Shown: positions 1 to 10,732 of the stretch, piece by piece
How positions within the stretch are numbered: position 1 is the first letter of the stretch
How the letters are laid out: every line of letters begins with the position of its first letter
NCBI GenBank assembly: GCA_963760795.1
Contig: CAVXEP010000012.1
Coordinates: 128,001 to 192,000 of the forward strand
Source: an uncultured delta proteobacterium
Lineage (GTDB): Bacteria; Desulfobacterota; Binatia; UBA9968
Direction of reading: 5' to 3'
Length of the DNA stretch: 64,000 nucleotides
Program-made: the position numbers and the translations under genes
The notes under the pieces: generated by a model
Database searches by the model: none
Seen by the model: only the letters and a program-made list of their open reading frames with translations
Told to the model about the DNA's origin: nothing

Positions 1-243
1 ATGCACGTGGTCGAGCGCGCGGCGGAGTTTCTCCAATCGCACACCGATATCACCTACCAACTCGCCCAACTCCTGGCTCAGAGATTATACAGCGTCACCA
101 CCTATCTCGTTGACTTAAAGAAACAGTTTGAGGATCGCCAAGACCATCTCGGCATGGTCGATGAGGTGCTGGAGACCCTTGTCAACCAACAAGTCGAAGA
201 GTGTAGTCCAGGCTCAGACCGCGACCCGAATACGACTATTTGA
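1..243 (+). CDS. Cyclic nucleotide-binding domain protein, C-terminal part (runs off window)
   Basis: FLQSHTDITYQLAQLLAQRL resembles the C-terminal helix of small cNMP-binding proteins; neighbours carry cNMP domains. Confidence 0.6.
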   Translation: MHVVERAAEFLQSHTDITYQLAQLLAQRLYSVTTYLVDLKKQFEDRQDHLGMVDEVLETLVNQQVEECSPGSDRDPNTTI

Positions 244-1008
244 ACCAGCTTGGCAATTCCGTGAGTTCAGCCACGGGGCGATTGAAGGGTTGGTCCAGGT
301 GGACGACTTCCGCGCCAGCCAGCGAGAACCACAGCGCCATCCGCTCCGTGGTGTCGAAAACGATATGCGTAGGGTCGGGGCCTATCTGTCGTCCAGGATT
401 AAACACCCAGGTCGAGCCCAACCGGTCCACCCACGACCCGCCTTGACGAAACGGAGACTGGTGGATGTGACCGCTAAGGACGATGTCCGGCTGGTATTGT
501 TTGATCCAACGCACCAACTCGGCGTCACCGAAATGCTTCTGCCCGCCCCAGCTCGTCGGCGACTCGTCTGGCGGCGCATGATAGACCCAAATCCATTGCT
601 GCTTCGGCTTTTCGGCATCGCGCGCCAATTGAGCGCCTACGGTCTCCCTCGTCTGCGGACCGTCCCACCACGGGCAGATGGTAATCAAGACACCGTCAAC
701 GGAAAGACTGTCTCCGTCGGTGGGCGCGCCGAATTGACGAACCTTCGTGATCCACTTCGCCACCTTCTCACCGGCGCGTTGAGCGAATCGAGATCGTGAT
801 TGCCCGAGCAGACGATCAATTTGGTCCTGCTGTGGAGGCGCTTCAGGTAAGTCAGAATCACAACGATTTGCGCCCGCGCCTCGACCGCCGATGAGATATC
901 GAGATGGTCGCCCGCGATCACGACGACGTCAAAATCTTTCGAGACGTTGGTTACCCAGTCATATTGTTTGAGAGCGTAGTGCAGATCCGATACGAGGAGA
1001 CATTTCAT
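236..1008 (-). CDS. Metallophosphoesterase (Icc-like), one frameshift
   Basis: SDLH, AGDHLD and SGNHD in ORF 685..1008; HAPP and SGHIH in ORF 236..763. Confidence 0.85.
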
Positions 1009-1207
1009 GAACGCCTCCCCCGTGAAATTTTGCTCAGCGTCAAAGTGTCACCACTCCTGCGCGATTCTACGGATGCCTCCGTTGGGATTGACCGCGCATA
1101 TTCCCGGATAATCGAGATCGGCTTTAGCTGGAATCACGCCATCGGCGAGCGCGGCAACATCTTACCGCCGTACTCACGGTGTTTTTAACCGGCCGTTGTG
1201 CCCCGTG

Positions 1208-3080
1208 CTATTCCGCCAGAGAGCGAATTTCCGCATCCGCGCGCCGCAGACGAGCGGAGAGTTCGCGGCAGATATTGAAAATAAGTTTGGTCTCGATCGC
1301 CGGATGGTTGCTCGCGAGCGCCCTGAACTTGGCGATCGGCAGCACGTAACACAGCGCCGGCTCGTCGGCGATCACGTCGGCGGAGCGCTCGCCACCGTCT
1401 AATAAGGCAAGCTCTCCGAAAGCTAGACCCGGCGTGATCGTGCTCACCCGCCGTCGCCGATTACCATCGGTGAGTCGAAGGTAGACGCTAACCGTGCCGG
1501 CAGCGAGGAGAAAAAGGTCGTCAGCACGATCGTTTTCGCGAATGATGGTTTCGCCCTGGGCGTAGTAAACCTCCTCGACGATGGTTTCGAGCAAGGCGGT
1601 TTCTTGAGCGGCGAAACCGGCAAGAATATTCATCGCGCTGAGCGGCACGCGAAGAATTTCGGCCACAGGCCGGGGCTGCTCTTGCGCGAGCAAACGATTT
1701 TCGCACCATTCCAGAGCGGTGTCGGTATCGCCGAAAAAGCTTCTATCGGTCCAGACATAATCAGGACTTCGCTTAAGCGTATCTGCGAAGCGCGGCGCGA
1801 GATGTGCGAAGATGAGCTTCTTGCCTTGGGTCGCCAGCCAGACGTTCAACTGGACCACCAACGTCAAGGCGCATTCATCGATTCCCATCACTCGCTTAAC
1901 GTCGAGGATGAGGTACTCAAGGGTTGCCAATTCCGTGGCGAGCTTGCGAAACACCTGTTCTAAGGCGCCAAAGAAAAGAGTTCCCTGGAGTTCATAGACA
2001 CAAATCCGCCTGACCCTTGCGATCGAGGATCGCCTGCTCGACGCTGCCCCTTTGGCGGATCGAGCGCACGGTGGCGGCCCGATAACTCCGGCGCAGGCAA
2101 ACCCCGGTAGTCGTGCGGGCGCCGAACATGTGCAGCTTGAAGCGCGCTGAAAGCTCTTCGCAAACCTGAATGCCACGGCAACTGTTGCCTTGATCGTCGA
2201 GTAATGGAGAGAATATGCCGATGCCAAACTGGCCGGGAAGAACCGCGATGACGCCGCCGCTCACACCGCTCTTAGCCGGCAAACCGATGCGGTAGGTCCA
2301 TTCGCCGGTATAATCGTACATGCCACAGCTATGCATCACGCTCAAAACGTTCTTGACATAGGCCGATTGCAGCGCCCGTTTGCCGCTCAACGGATTGACG
2401 CCGTCGTTGGCCAGTGTCGCTGCCATCACGGCGAGATCCCGCGCGCTGGCCAAAATCGAGCACTGCTTAAAGTACAAATCGAGATGCTCGTCAACTTGCC
2501 CATCGATCATGCCGGCACTGAGCTCAAGATAGCCGATGGAGCGGTTGCGGTGGCCAGTCTTGGATTCCGAAAGATAGACGTCATGGTCGATCGCTAAGCA
2601 ACGATCGGCCAAGTCGGTAAATTTTTTAAGCACGCGGTCTAGCCGCCGCTCGGCGCTCTCGCCTTTGATCAAAGCGGTGGTGGCGATGGCTCCGGCATTG
2701 ACCATCGGATTGAACGGGCGGTTATTGCGCTCATCGAACACAATGGAATTGAAGGCTTCGCCCGTCGGCTCAACCCCAACCTTGGTCAAAACGTAATCCG
2801 CACCGTGATCTTCCAACGCCAAGCCATAGACAAAGGGCTTCGAGATCGATTGAATCGTGAACGAATGGCAGGCATCACCGACTTGGTAGATTTGCCCGTC
2901 GGCGGTAACCAGCGCGATGCCAAACAGCTTTGGGTTAGCTTTGGCCAATTCGGGGATATAGGTCGCTACTTTACCGCTAAAATTGTCGGCGTATTTCGCA
3001 TGAATTTCTTGCAGTGAAGCGATCAGCGGCGACGGATTGGCGCCGTTGACGCTGAGCATAGTCGCTGAAGCTTGTTGCAT
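1208..3080 (-). CDS. glsA: Glutaminase A fused to STAS and cNMP-binding domains, frameshift near 2000
   Basis: FTIQSISKPF (SxxK), NPMVNAGAI, PAKSGVSGG; second frame has YELQGTLFFG (STAS) and FGELALLDGGERSADV (cNMP). Confidence 0.9.
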
Positions 3081-3176
3081 CTGCGGGACGTAAGAATGGT
3101 GTTAACCGGCGACGGTAATTGAATCCGTCAAACCAAAAATTTGAAGCGTTAGCGATTCCACAATCGCAGGGTAGCG

Positions 3177-3192
3177 TGCACTCTCCGTGCCA
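3177..3192 (-). promoter_or_regulatory. sigma54 (-24/-12) promoter for glsA
   Basis: Minus strand reads TGGCACGGAGAGTGCA (GG-N10-GC) about 100 bp upstream of glsA. Confidence 0.65.
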
Positions 3193-3218
3193 ATATGGGC
3201 TATAACTTAACTCTTACA

Positions 3219-4139
3219 TCAACTCATTAGAATCGCGGGGATTCCTCGAGCTGTTAGCGGCGAGAAGCAACAAAACGAAGGCAAATGATGGTTTCTTGAG
3301 CAGCGCCGTGATGAATTTTTAAGCGTGGAACTCAGAATAACTTGCGATGCTCGCAGCGCCGGTAGCTCGGCGCGCACTTTGGCAAGGTGATCGAAATCGA
3401 TTTCGGCTGTGATCAAACCTGGCCCATCTGGCAACTCAGCGAGAATCGTTCCCCAGGGATCGACGATCATTGAATGGCCGTGGCATTCGAAGCTTTTGGC
3501 GCTTTTGCCGAATTGATCGGCGGCGATTACGTACGCTTGGTTCTCAATGGCGCGGGCGCGCAAGAGAGTCTCCCAGTGCGCTTGACCGGTGAACGCGGTG
3601 AATGCCGAGGGAACAAAGATTACTTGCGCGCCTTGGTCGGCTAATCGACGGTAGAGCTCGGGAAAGCGCAGATCGTAGCAAACCGATAAGCCCAGGGTGC
3701 CAAGCTCGGTCGGCGCGACCACGACATCGCCGCCATGAGCGCGGCTCTCCGACTCGCGCAGCGACACGCCATTGGCCAAGTCGACATCGAAGAGATGAAT
3801 CTTGCGATAGCTTGCGAGTAGATTTCCCGCAGGATCGAAGAGCAGGCTGGTGTTGTAGGCTTTTGGGCTAGCCGGAATTTCTTCGAGGATCGAACCGCCG
3901 AGCAAGTAAATATTCAACTCACGCGCCAGCTCGGCAAGCCGGTTGGAAGTCGGTCCGGGTATCGGTTCGGCGCAGGCTCTTTCTAACTTCTTGTTGCCGC
4001 GCCAGATAAAAACTTCCGGCAGGACCACCAGCCGCGCGCCTTGGTGCGCCGCGTCGCGCAACCAATGTTCAGCCTCGGCCAAATTGGCCGCCTTGTCGTC
4101 GGTGGCCAACATCTGCACCGCAGCAGCAATAAACTTCAT
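3219..4139 (-). CDS. Carbon-nitrogen hydrolase (Nit1/YafV-like); C-terminus probably frameshift-extended
   Basis: LPE, YRKIHLFD and VCYDLRFPE give the E-K-C triad; RARAIENQ. Confidence 0.92.
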   Translation of the reverse strand: MKFIAAAVQMLATDDKAANLAEAEHWLRDAAHQGARLVVLPEVFIWRGNKKLERACAEPIPGPTSNRLAELARELNIYLLGGSILEEIPASPKAYNTSLLFDPAGNLLASYRKIHLFDVDLANGVSLRESESRAHGGDVVVAPTELGTLGLSVCYDLRFPELYRRLADQGAQVIFVPSAFTAFTGQAHWETLLRARAIENQAYVIAADQFGKSAKSFECHGHSMIVDPWGTILAELPDGPGLITAEIDFDHLAKVRAELPALRASQVILSSTLKNSSRRCSRNHHLPSFCCFSPLTARGIPAILMS

Positions 4140-4145
4140 AATTCC

Positions 4146-4180
4146 GAAACCTTGAACCGTTGAACCCGTGAAACATTGAA
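4146..4180 (+). repeat. Short intergenic tandem (TT)GAAC-type repeats
   Basis: gaaaccttgaaccgttgaacccgtgaaacattgaac; a similar run lies at about 59965-60000. Confidence 0.5.
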
Positions 4181-4186
4181 CGGCTG

Positions 4187-5023
4187 TTATCTATTTAGAA
4201 ACACCGGGCAAGGCGCATTGCGCAGGACATACTCAGTCGTGCTGCCGAGCACCATCTTAATGATCCGCCGGTGGCCGTGGGCGCCGATGAACAGCAGGTC
4301 GTATTTGAGATTGACCAGATACTCGATGATTTTTTGTTCGGGATAGCCGCGCGCGATCTCGTACTTGACGTCGATGGCATAGGAACCGAGATAGGCCTTG
4401 GCCTGTTGCAAGATCGCCTGCGCCGCCTCCTCCTCGCGGGCGATGGTCAGCACGGTAAGCGGCAGTTTGAGCACCGTGCAAAACTCCGCCGCCGATTCCA
4501 TCGCCGAACTCGCCCGCTGGCTGCCATCATAGGCCAACAGCGGGTTGGCGATGGTATTAAAGCGCTCTGTCGAAACAAAGATCGGCCGCGGGCATTTGCG
4601 GATGATCGTTTCGGCGGTCGAGCCGAGCATGCCGGCGGTAAAACCTTCGTTGACGCCGCGATGGCCGATCACCACCAGGTCGGCGACCTTAGCCCGCTCG
4701 CAGATCTCGTTGGCGATCAGTCCGGTGTCGAGAAAGGTGCGCTCGCGGATGTTCTTCGCCGCGCAGATCTCGCGAAAATTTTCCAGGACGAGCTTGCCGC
4801 GCTCATCGAAGATCTCGCGCATCTTGGTCGATAAATCGAGATAGGGTTCGAAGCCGAGGGAACCGGAGACATCGTGAAAAAACGTTCCTTCGAGGGAAAC
4901 CGTGTCGATCACATGCTGGCCCATCAGCATGCCGTCAAAGCCGCGCGCCAGCCAGACCGCGTAATCGAGCGCCGCCTTGGAATGCTCGGAGCCGTCGAGA
5001 GGAATCAAAATGTTTTTGATCAT
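4187..5023 (-). CDS. Tandem-domain universal stress protein
   Basis: ILIPLDGSEHS, DLVVIGHRG, LGSTAE, and a second domain with LGSTTEYVLRNAPCPV. Confidence 0.92.
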   Translation of the reverse strand: MIKNILIPLDGSEHSKAALDYAVWLARGFDGMLMGQHVIDTVSLEGTFFHDVSGSLGFEPYLDLSTKMREIFDERGKLVLENFREICAAKNIRERTFLDTGLIANEICERAKVADLVVIGHRGVNEGFTAGMLGSTAETIIRKCPRPIFVSTERFNTIANPLLAYDGSQRASSAMESAAEFCTVLKLPLTVLTIAREEEAAQAILQQAKAYLGSYAIDVKYEIARGYPEQKIIEYLVNLKYDLLFIGAHGHRRIIKMVLGSTTEYVLRNAPCPVFLNR

Positions 5024-5199
5024 GCTGCCCTCCGCTACATTTGCTCTGCGTCAATCCAACCGCTGGTCGCCGGCGCGCTCGGTTATGTTTCGCTGGCTGG
5101 AAGCACGATAACAAGGCCGGGGCTATTTTCAAACGGAATCTGCCACAGCAGTTTACAAAAGCCGCCCTTTAGGAGATACTCCGGTCTACGTTCGGAAAG

Positions 5200-5493
5200 T
5201 TGGATCAAATGCAGCGACCGAAGAATCGTCAGGAAGCCCGCCTCCAGGATCTCATCGTCAGCGCCAAACAGCTGAATATTCATGTGCGCATGGAGAAGCT
5301 TTTGCGCGAAGTCGGCTACCGCGCCCATAGCGGGCGCTGCCGGGTCAAGGGACAGGAATTGATCGTCATCGACCGGGATATTGCGCTCGGCGATCAGATC
5401 GAGTTTCTCGCCAACGAATTGGCCGGCCTTCGAGCCGAGACAAAACCGGAACCGCCATCCACTCAGGACCCCGCGCAAGCAAGTTCGAACTAA
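5200..5493 (+). CDS. Hypothetical protein
   Basis: Compact ORF between USP and the regulator, with SGRCRVKGQELIVID; start uncertain. Confidence 0.55.
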   Translation: MDQMQRPKNRQEARLQDLIVSAKQLNIHVRMEKLLREVGYRAHSGRCRVKGQELIVIDRDIALGDQIEFLANELAGLRAETKPEPPSTQDPAQASSN

Positions 5494-5511
5494 CACTCCC
5501 TGCGGCGAAAT

Positions 5512-6177
5512 TTAGTGAACGCGGATTTTCTTCGCCGCTTCGATGCCGAGAGAAAACTGATCGTCGCCGACTTTCAGCGTCATCATGCCAAGAGATGGGG
5601 CGACATCTATAATATGTACTTTGGCGCCTGGCACCAGTCCGTGATCCTCTAAATACCCCAACAGGCGAACATCCCGTTCGCCGCCCTCGGTAATATAGTC
5701 GAGATCCACTTGTTGGCCGTCCACGGCTTCGCTGAGCGGCACGGTTTTGGGCAGTTTACCGGAACCGGTTCCGGGAATCGGGTTGCCATGCGGGCAGGTC
5801 GTCGGGTTGCTCAACAGCTTTGCTAGACGTTCTTCAACCTCCTGCGAAATCGCGTGCTCCAAACGATGGGCCTCCTGATGCGCCTTGACCCAGTCCAATC
5901 CCAACAAGTCGGTTAGGAAACGCTCGGTCAGAAAGTGGCGGCGAACGATCCTCTCAGCGACTTTTCGTCCATCTTCGGTCAGATGAATCTCCTTGCGGCG
6001 ATTGATCGTGACGTAACCGTCACTAGCCAGACGACGCAACGTCGCGAACATGGTCGACGGCGTCACCCCGGTCTCGGCCGCGATGCGAGCGGCGATCACC
6101 GGTTGAGCCTCCTCGGCTAGCTGGTAAATCGCCTTCAAATAGTCCTCCAAGGCGTGGGTTACTTTATGAGCTTCCAT
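5512..6177 (-). CDS. DtxR/IdeR/MntR-family metal-dependent repressor with C-terminal FeoA/SH3 domain
   Basis: EDYLKAIY, RRHFLTERFL, EAHRLEHAIS, CPHGNPIP. Confidence 0.95.
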   Translation of the reverse strand: MEAHKVTHALEDYLKAIYQLAEEAQPVIAARIAAETGVTPSTMFATLRRLASDGYVTINRRKEIHLTEDGRKVAERIVRRHFLTERFLTDLLGLDWVKAHQEAHRLEHAISQEVEERLAKLLSNPTTCPHGNPIPGTGSGKLPKTVPLSEAVDGQQVDLDYITEGGERDVRLLGYLEDHGLVPGAKVHIIDVAPSLGMMTLKVGDDQFSLGIEAAKKIRVH

Positions 6178-6440
6178 ATATCAATTGACTACGGATCGCT
6201 TTTCTCACCTCGCTCCGGGCCCGTCGAATCGCACGGCCACGATGAGCACAGGTTTCTGCACAGATGTAGCGCATGCTATTGGAGGAATCGTTCAAGTGCA
6301 AGTTGATTACACGAGAACAGCCGAAACGGTCGCGATGTAACAGCGTCCGGAAATTCACTGCGGAACTCAGAGGTGGAATTTCCCCGGGCTGTTCTGGACC
6401 TCTCTAGCGGTTTCAGGTATTGATTCCTGGCAAAGCACCG

Positions 6441-7493
6441 ATGGTTGTCATAAAAGTCGAAAAAGTCAGCAAGCGATACAACCACACCCCGGCTGTAAAG
6501 CGCTGCGACCTCCAAGTCCATTCAGGTGAGATTCTAGCACTGCTCGGACCGTCGGGATCGGGGAAAACCACCTTGCTCCGGCTGATTGCCGGATTCGAGC
6601 GACCCGATGAAGGGCGGATTCTTATCGGCGAGCGCACCGTCGTCGACGTCGCCGGTTCGATATGGCTCCCCGCCGAAGCGCGCGGCGTCGGGATGGTTTT
6701 TCAGGACTACGCCTTGTTTCCCCATTTGACGGTGACCGAGAATATTCAGTTTGGCCTGCGCGGCATTGCCAACCAAGAGCGCCAAGAGCGCCTTCAAGAG
6801 TTGTTGCGGGCAACCGAGTTGCTGCCGTATGCACAACGATATCCCCATGAATTATCGGGTGGTCAGCAACAGCGGGTTGCTTTGGCGCGCGCCCTAGCAC
6901 CGCGCCCGCCGGTTGTCTTGCTTGACGAAGCCTTCAATGGCCTCGACCCTGAACTCAGGCCGCAAATGCGCAAAGAGGTCGCTAGCATATTGCGCCAGAT
7001 GAAAACGGCCGCGGTGCTGGTCACCCACGACCAGGAAGAAGCTCTCGGAATGGCCGACCAAGTGGCGGTCGTTCGCCAGGGCGAACTGCAGCAAGTCGGC
7101 ACACCGGAAGAGGTCTATTATAATCCTTCGACTATATTTGTTGCCGGATTCGTCGGCCACGCCGACTTTATCGGTGGCGTCGTATCCGGAGCACAGGTTC
7201 AGACCGAATTTGGCAATTTCTCCTGTTCATCGGAGATTCGTCCCGGCCCGGTCAAAGTGATGATCCGCCACGAGGCCGTCAACACCAAAGCCGACGGCAT
7301 TCTCGCCACCGTCGAAGAGCGCGAGTTTCTTGGCGGCGAAATCCTCTACCGGCTGCGTCTCCCCTCGGGCGACGCGGTCCACTTGGAGCAACGCAAACCC
7401 GTCCATTGGCCGGTCGGACACCGAGTGCCAATCGACGTTCATATCCCCACCGCCGTGGTCTTTGCCGATGCCGGCAGTGAACCCATCGAGTAG
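6441..7493 (+). CDS. fbpC: Fe3+ ABC transporter ATPase (FbpC/FutC type)
   Basis: GPSGSGKTT, VFQDYALFPH, LSGGQQQR, TOBE-like tail; adjacent to binding protein and permease. Confidence 0.85.
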   Translation: MVVIKVEKVSKRYNHTPAVKRCDLQVHSGEILALLGPSGSGKTTLLRLIAGFERPDEGRILIGERTVVDVAGSIWLPAEARGVGMVFQDYALFPHLTVTENIQFGLRGIANQERQERLQELLRATELLPYAQRYPHELSGGQQQRVALARALAPRPPVVLLDEAFNGLDPELRPQMRKEVASILRQMKTAAVLVTHDQEEALGMADQVAVVRQGELQQVGTPEEVYYNPSTIFVAGFVGHADFIGGVVSGAQVQTEFGNFSCSSEIRPGPVKVMIRHEAVNTKADGILATVEEREFLGGEILYRLRLPSGDAVHLEQRKPVHWPVGHRVPIDVHIPTAVVFADAGSEPIE

Positions 7494-7688
7494 TTTCCAC
7501 CTTTTTCCAGAACACGAACGATCGAAAGCCCTTCCGTTTAGTCGGTGTTGGCCAGCACCCGTGGCAATTCCACGACGAGGCTCGCATCGCATCGGCGCAA
7601 AACCAGCCCCGATATTTTGCCGTTTGTTGGCAGTTTGAAACTCCAGAATACGCACTTCCCAGGGGTGCCTTATGGGCAAGGTTGCGGT

Positions 7689-7721
7689 TTGACAAACTAA
7701 TAACATTCGACTATACGAACA
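7689..7721 (+). promoter_or_regulatory. sigma70 promoter overlapped by palindromic operator
   Basis: TTGACA(7689)-N17-TATACG(7712); palindrome TTCG-ACTATA-CGAA at 7706-7719. Confidence 0.7.
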
Positions 7722-7813
7722 ATCAAAGTTTCTCAGGGAACAACTTTTAGAAGTTAAATTTGTCAAATATTGAAACAGCCAAGACGAAGTAAATTTTGTC
7801 GGGAGGACATGAG

Positions 7814-8867
7814 ATGAAGCATAGGTATTCGCAATGTTGCTTGTCGGTTTTTGCCTTGATTTTTGGACTCGGGTTAAGCGCGATTTTTAGTGTCACCGTG
7901 ACGGCGCAAGAAAAGGTCATGAACCTCTATACCGCCCGTCATTATTCCACCGATGAAGCTTTCTACACCGGCTTTAGCAAACTCACCGGCATCAAGCTTA
8001 ATCGCATCGAAGGCGGCGAAGACGCGCTTTTCGAACGGATCAAGGCCGAAGGCGCCGCTAGTCCGGCGGATGTCTTCTTGACCGTCGATGTCGCCCGGCT
8101 GTGGCGCGCGGAGCAGGCGGGCATCTTCGCGCCGCTCAAGTCGGAACTGCTGGCTAAGCGCATCCCCGCTCACTTTCGCGATCCCAATGGCAACTGGTTC
8201 GGCTTCTCATCGCGGGTTCGGGTTATCGCCTATGATCGGCGTAAGGTCAGTCCCGGCGATGTCGCGCGCTATGAGCAGTTGGCCGATTCCAAGTGGAAAA
8301 GCGAAATCTGCACCCGCCCGAGCAGCCACCCATATAACCTTTCTTTAACATCCAGCATGATCCTCCACTTGGGCGAGGATAAGGCGCGCGAGTGGGCGCG
8401 CGGCGTGGCAACCAACTTGGCTCGCCCGCCAAGAGGCGGCGACACCGACCAATTGACCGCAGTGGGCGTCGGTGAATGTTCGATCGCGCTGTCAAACCAT
8501 TATTACTATGTCCGGCTTATGCGTTCGACAAAGCCGGAAGATCGCGCGCTGGTGGAAAAAGTCCACATCGTTTGGCCCAATCAGAACGATCGCGGCGCTC
8601 ATGTCAACATTTCCGGCGGCGGCATACTGAAAAACGCCCCCAATCGCGACGCTGCGGCGAAGTTTCTCGAGTATCTCGCCAGCGACACGGCACAAGCTTA
8701 TTTTGCCGATGGCAACAACGAATGGCCCACCGTCAAGGGCGTGAAGCTGGCCAATCCCCAGCTCGAGACTTTCGGCCGGTTTAGGACCGACGCCGTTGCC
8801 ATTGGCAGATTTGGGCAAGACCCAGGCGGCGGCCCAGCGACTGGCCGACCAGGTCGGCTGGAAATGA
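7814..8867 (+). CDS. fbpA: Fe3+ ABC transporter substrate-binding protein (FutA/FbpA), frameshift near C-terminus
   Basis: Signal peptide, NLYTARHY, SPADVFLTVD, NHYYY, HVNISG; alternative frame ends DQVGWK*. Confidence 0.9.
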
Positions 8868-8906
8868 AGCCTTAACCTTAGCACCAACTGACTGACAACT
8901 GACACC

Positions 8907-10652
8907 ATGACAACGATTGCCGCTGCTTTGCGCTCGAAGGCCATCAGCGACATCACCGTGCCGCGGATCGGTGCTCTTGGCGTGGTGTCATTGATAACCG
9001 CCGCCCTGGTGGTGGCGCCGATTGCTGCGGTCGTCTGGAACATTTTTCTGCCCAGCGAGGCGACCTGGGAGCACCTGATATCGACTGTCCTGCCCGAGTA
9101 CATCGCCAACACTTTCCTGCTGCTAGTGCTGGTCGCCGCGGGAGTTGTTTGCTGCGGCGTGCTCTCCGCGTGGTTGGTTACCGCCTATGAATTCCCTGGC
9201 CGACGCGTCCTAGAATGGGCGCTGGTGTTGCCAATGGCGATCCCCGCATATGTCATGGCCTATGCTTACACCGATTGGCTCCAGACCTCGGGACCGGTGC
9301 AAAGCATACTGCGCGAATTCACCGGTTGGCGGGTGCGCGAGTACTGGTTTCCGGAAATCCGCTCATTGCCGGGCGCCGCGACCATGCTGTCGCTCGCGCT
9401 CTATCCCTATGTTTACCTGCTGGCGCGCGGCGCCTTCCTTGAACAGTCACGCAGCAGCTATGAGGCCGCCCAACTGGCCGGCTATGGCGCGTGGGGAAGA
9501 TTTTGGCATGTGTCATTGCCTCTGGCGCGCACCGGGATTGTCGCCGGCGTCGCCTTGGCGCTGATGGAGACACTCGCTGATTTCGGCACCGTCTCGTATT
9601 TTGCCGTGAATACTTTTACCGCTGGCATCTACCGCGCCTGGCTCTCCCTTGGCGATTCGGTCGCCGCGGGCCAGCTCGCTACCTGCCTGCTCGTGTTCGT
9701 GCTCGCAATGCTCGCCCTAGAGCGCATGCACCGCGGCGATGCGCGCTATACCAGCAACCGCACACCCATAACCCCGCAACGGCTTGGCGGCGCCAAGGCT
9801 ATGGGCGCATTCGCGCTATGCGCCATACCGATCGCATTCGGTTTCATGGTGCCGGCGGCGATTCTGCTTGAACTGGCCCTGACCGATCCGCAGGTGCAAT
9901 TTGGCGCGCGCATCACCGGACTGATTACCAACACGTTTATTTTAGCTGGCATCGCCGCGATTGCCGCCGTCGTCGTCGCCATGCTGCTGGCTTATGCGGC
10001 AAGGACAGTGAAGAGCCCGCTGGTACAAGCAGCGAATCGCCTGGCTGTGCTCGGCTATGCCCTGCCAGGCGCGGTGATCGCGGTAGGCATTCTTCTACCG
10101 CTGGGCAAGCTCGACAACGCTTTGATCGCCTGGATTTACCAACAGTTTGGCGTGCGCACCGGATTGATTTTAACCGGTTCGGTCACGGCGCTCATCTATG
10201 CCTATCTCGTCAGGTTTCTCGCCGTGGCGTTTCAAACGGCCGAAGCCGGGCTGACACGGGTGACTCCGTCGATGGACGATGCCGCGCGCAGCCTTGGCCT
10301 TTCACCCGGCCGCACCCTGGTGCGGGTGCACATGCCGATCATGCGCAGCAGCATCGCCACCGCAGCGCTGCTCGTATTCGTCGACGTTATGAAAGAATTA
10401 CCGGCGACCTTCGCCATGCGGCCGTTTAATTTCGACACCCTAGCGGTGGAGGCCTACAACTTGGCAAAGGACGAGCGCATCGCCGAAGCCGCCCTGCCGG
10501 CGCTGCTGATGGTCGCCATCGCGCTGTTGCCGCTGATTTTACTGTCGCGCCAGATCGCCAATTCGAGCCAGCGCAACGCATGTGGCTCGCAGTCAGGACT
10601 CTGCTGTCTAGCCGAACCAGGGATCCGAGATGACCACGAGCACTTTACTTGA
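8907..10652 (+). CDS. fbpB: Fe3+ ABC transporter permease (FbpB/FutB)
   Basis: Two EAA-type loops, LALMETLADFG, DVMKELPAT, RPFNFDTLA. Confidence 0.92.
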   Translation: MTTIAAALRSKAISDITVPRIGALGVVSLITAALVVAPIAAVVWNIFLPSEATWEHLISTVLPEYIANTFLLLVLVAAGVVCCGVLSAWLVTAYEFPGRRVLEWALVLPMAIPAYVMAYAYTDWLQTSGPVQSILREFTGWRVREYWFPEIRSLPGAATMLSLALYPYVYLLARGAFLEQSRSSYEAAQLAGYGAWGRFWHVSLPLARTGIVAGVALALMETLADFGTVSYFAVNTFTAGIYRAWLSLGDSVAAGQLATCLLVFVLAMLALERMHRGDARYTSNRTPITPQRLGGAKAMGAFALCAIPIAFGFMVPAAILLELALTDPQVQFGARITGLITNTFILAGIAAIAAVVVAMLLAYAARTVKSPLVQAANRLAVLGYALPGAVIAVGILLPLGKLDNALIAWIYQQFGVRTGLILTGSVTALIYAYLVRFLAVAFQTAEAGLTRVTPSMDDAARSLGLSPGRTLVRVHMPIMRSSIATAALLVFVDVMKELPATFAMRPFNFDTLAVEAYNLAKDERIAEAALPALLMVAIALLPLILLSRQIANSSQRNACGSQSGLCCLAEPGIRDDHEHFT

Positions 10653-10697
10653 GCCGGCGCAAACGGCAGGCCGAACCACGATTGGCGGATAGTAACT

Positions 10698-10730
10698 TTT
10701 TCAGGTCGCTTCCCCTTCCATATACGAACA
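10698..10730 (+). promoter_or_regulatory. Third copy of the TATACGAACA promoter/operator
   Basis: TTTTCA-N17-TATACGAACA directly before the FTR1 gene. Confidence 0.5.
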
Positions 10731-10732
10731 CT

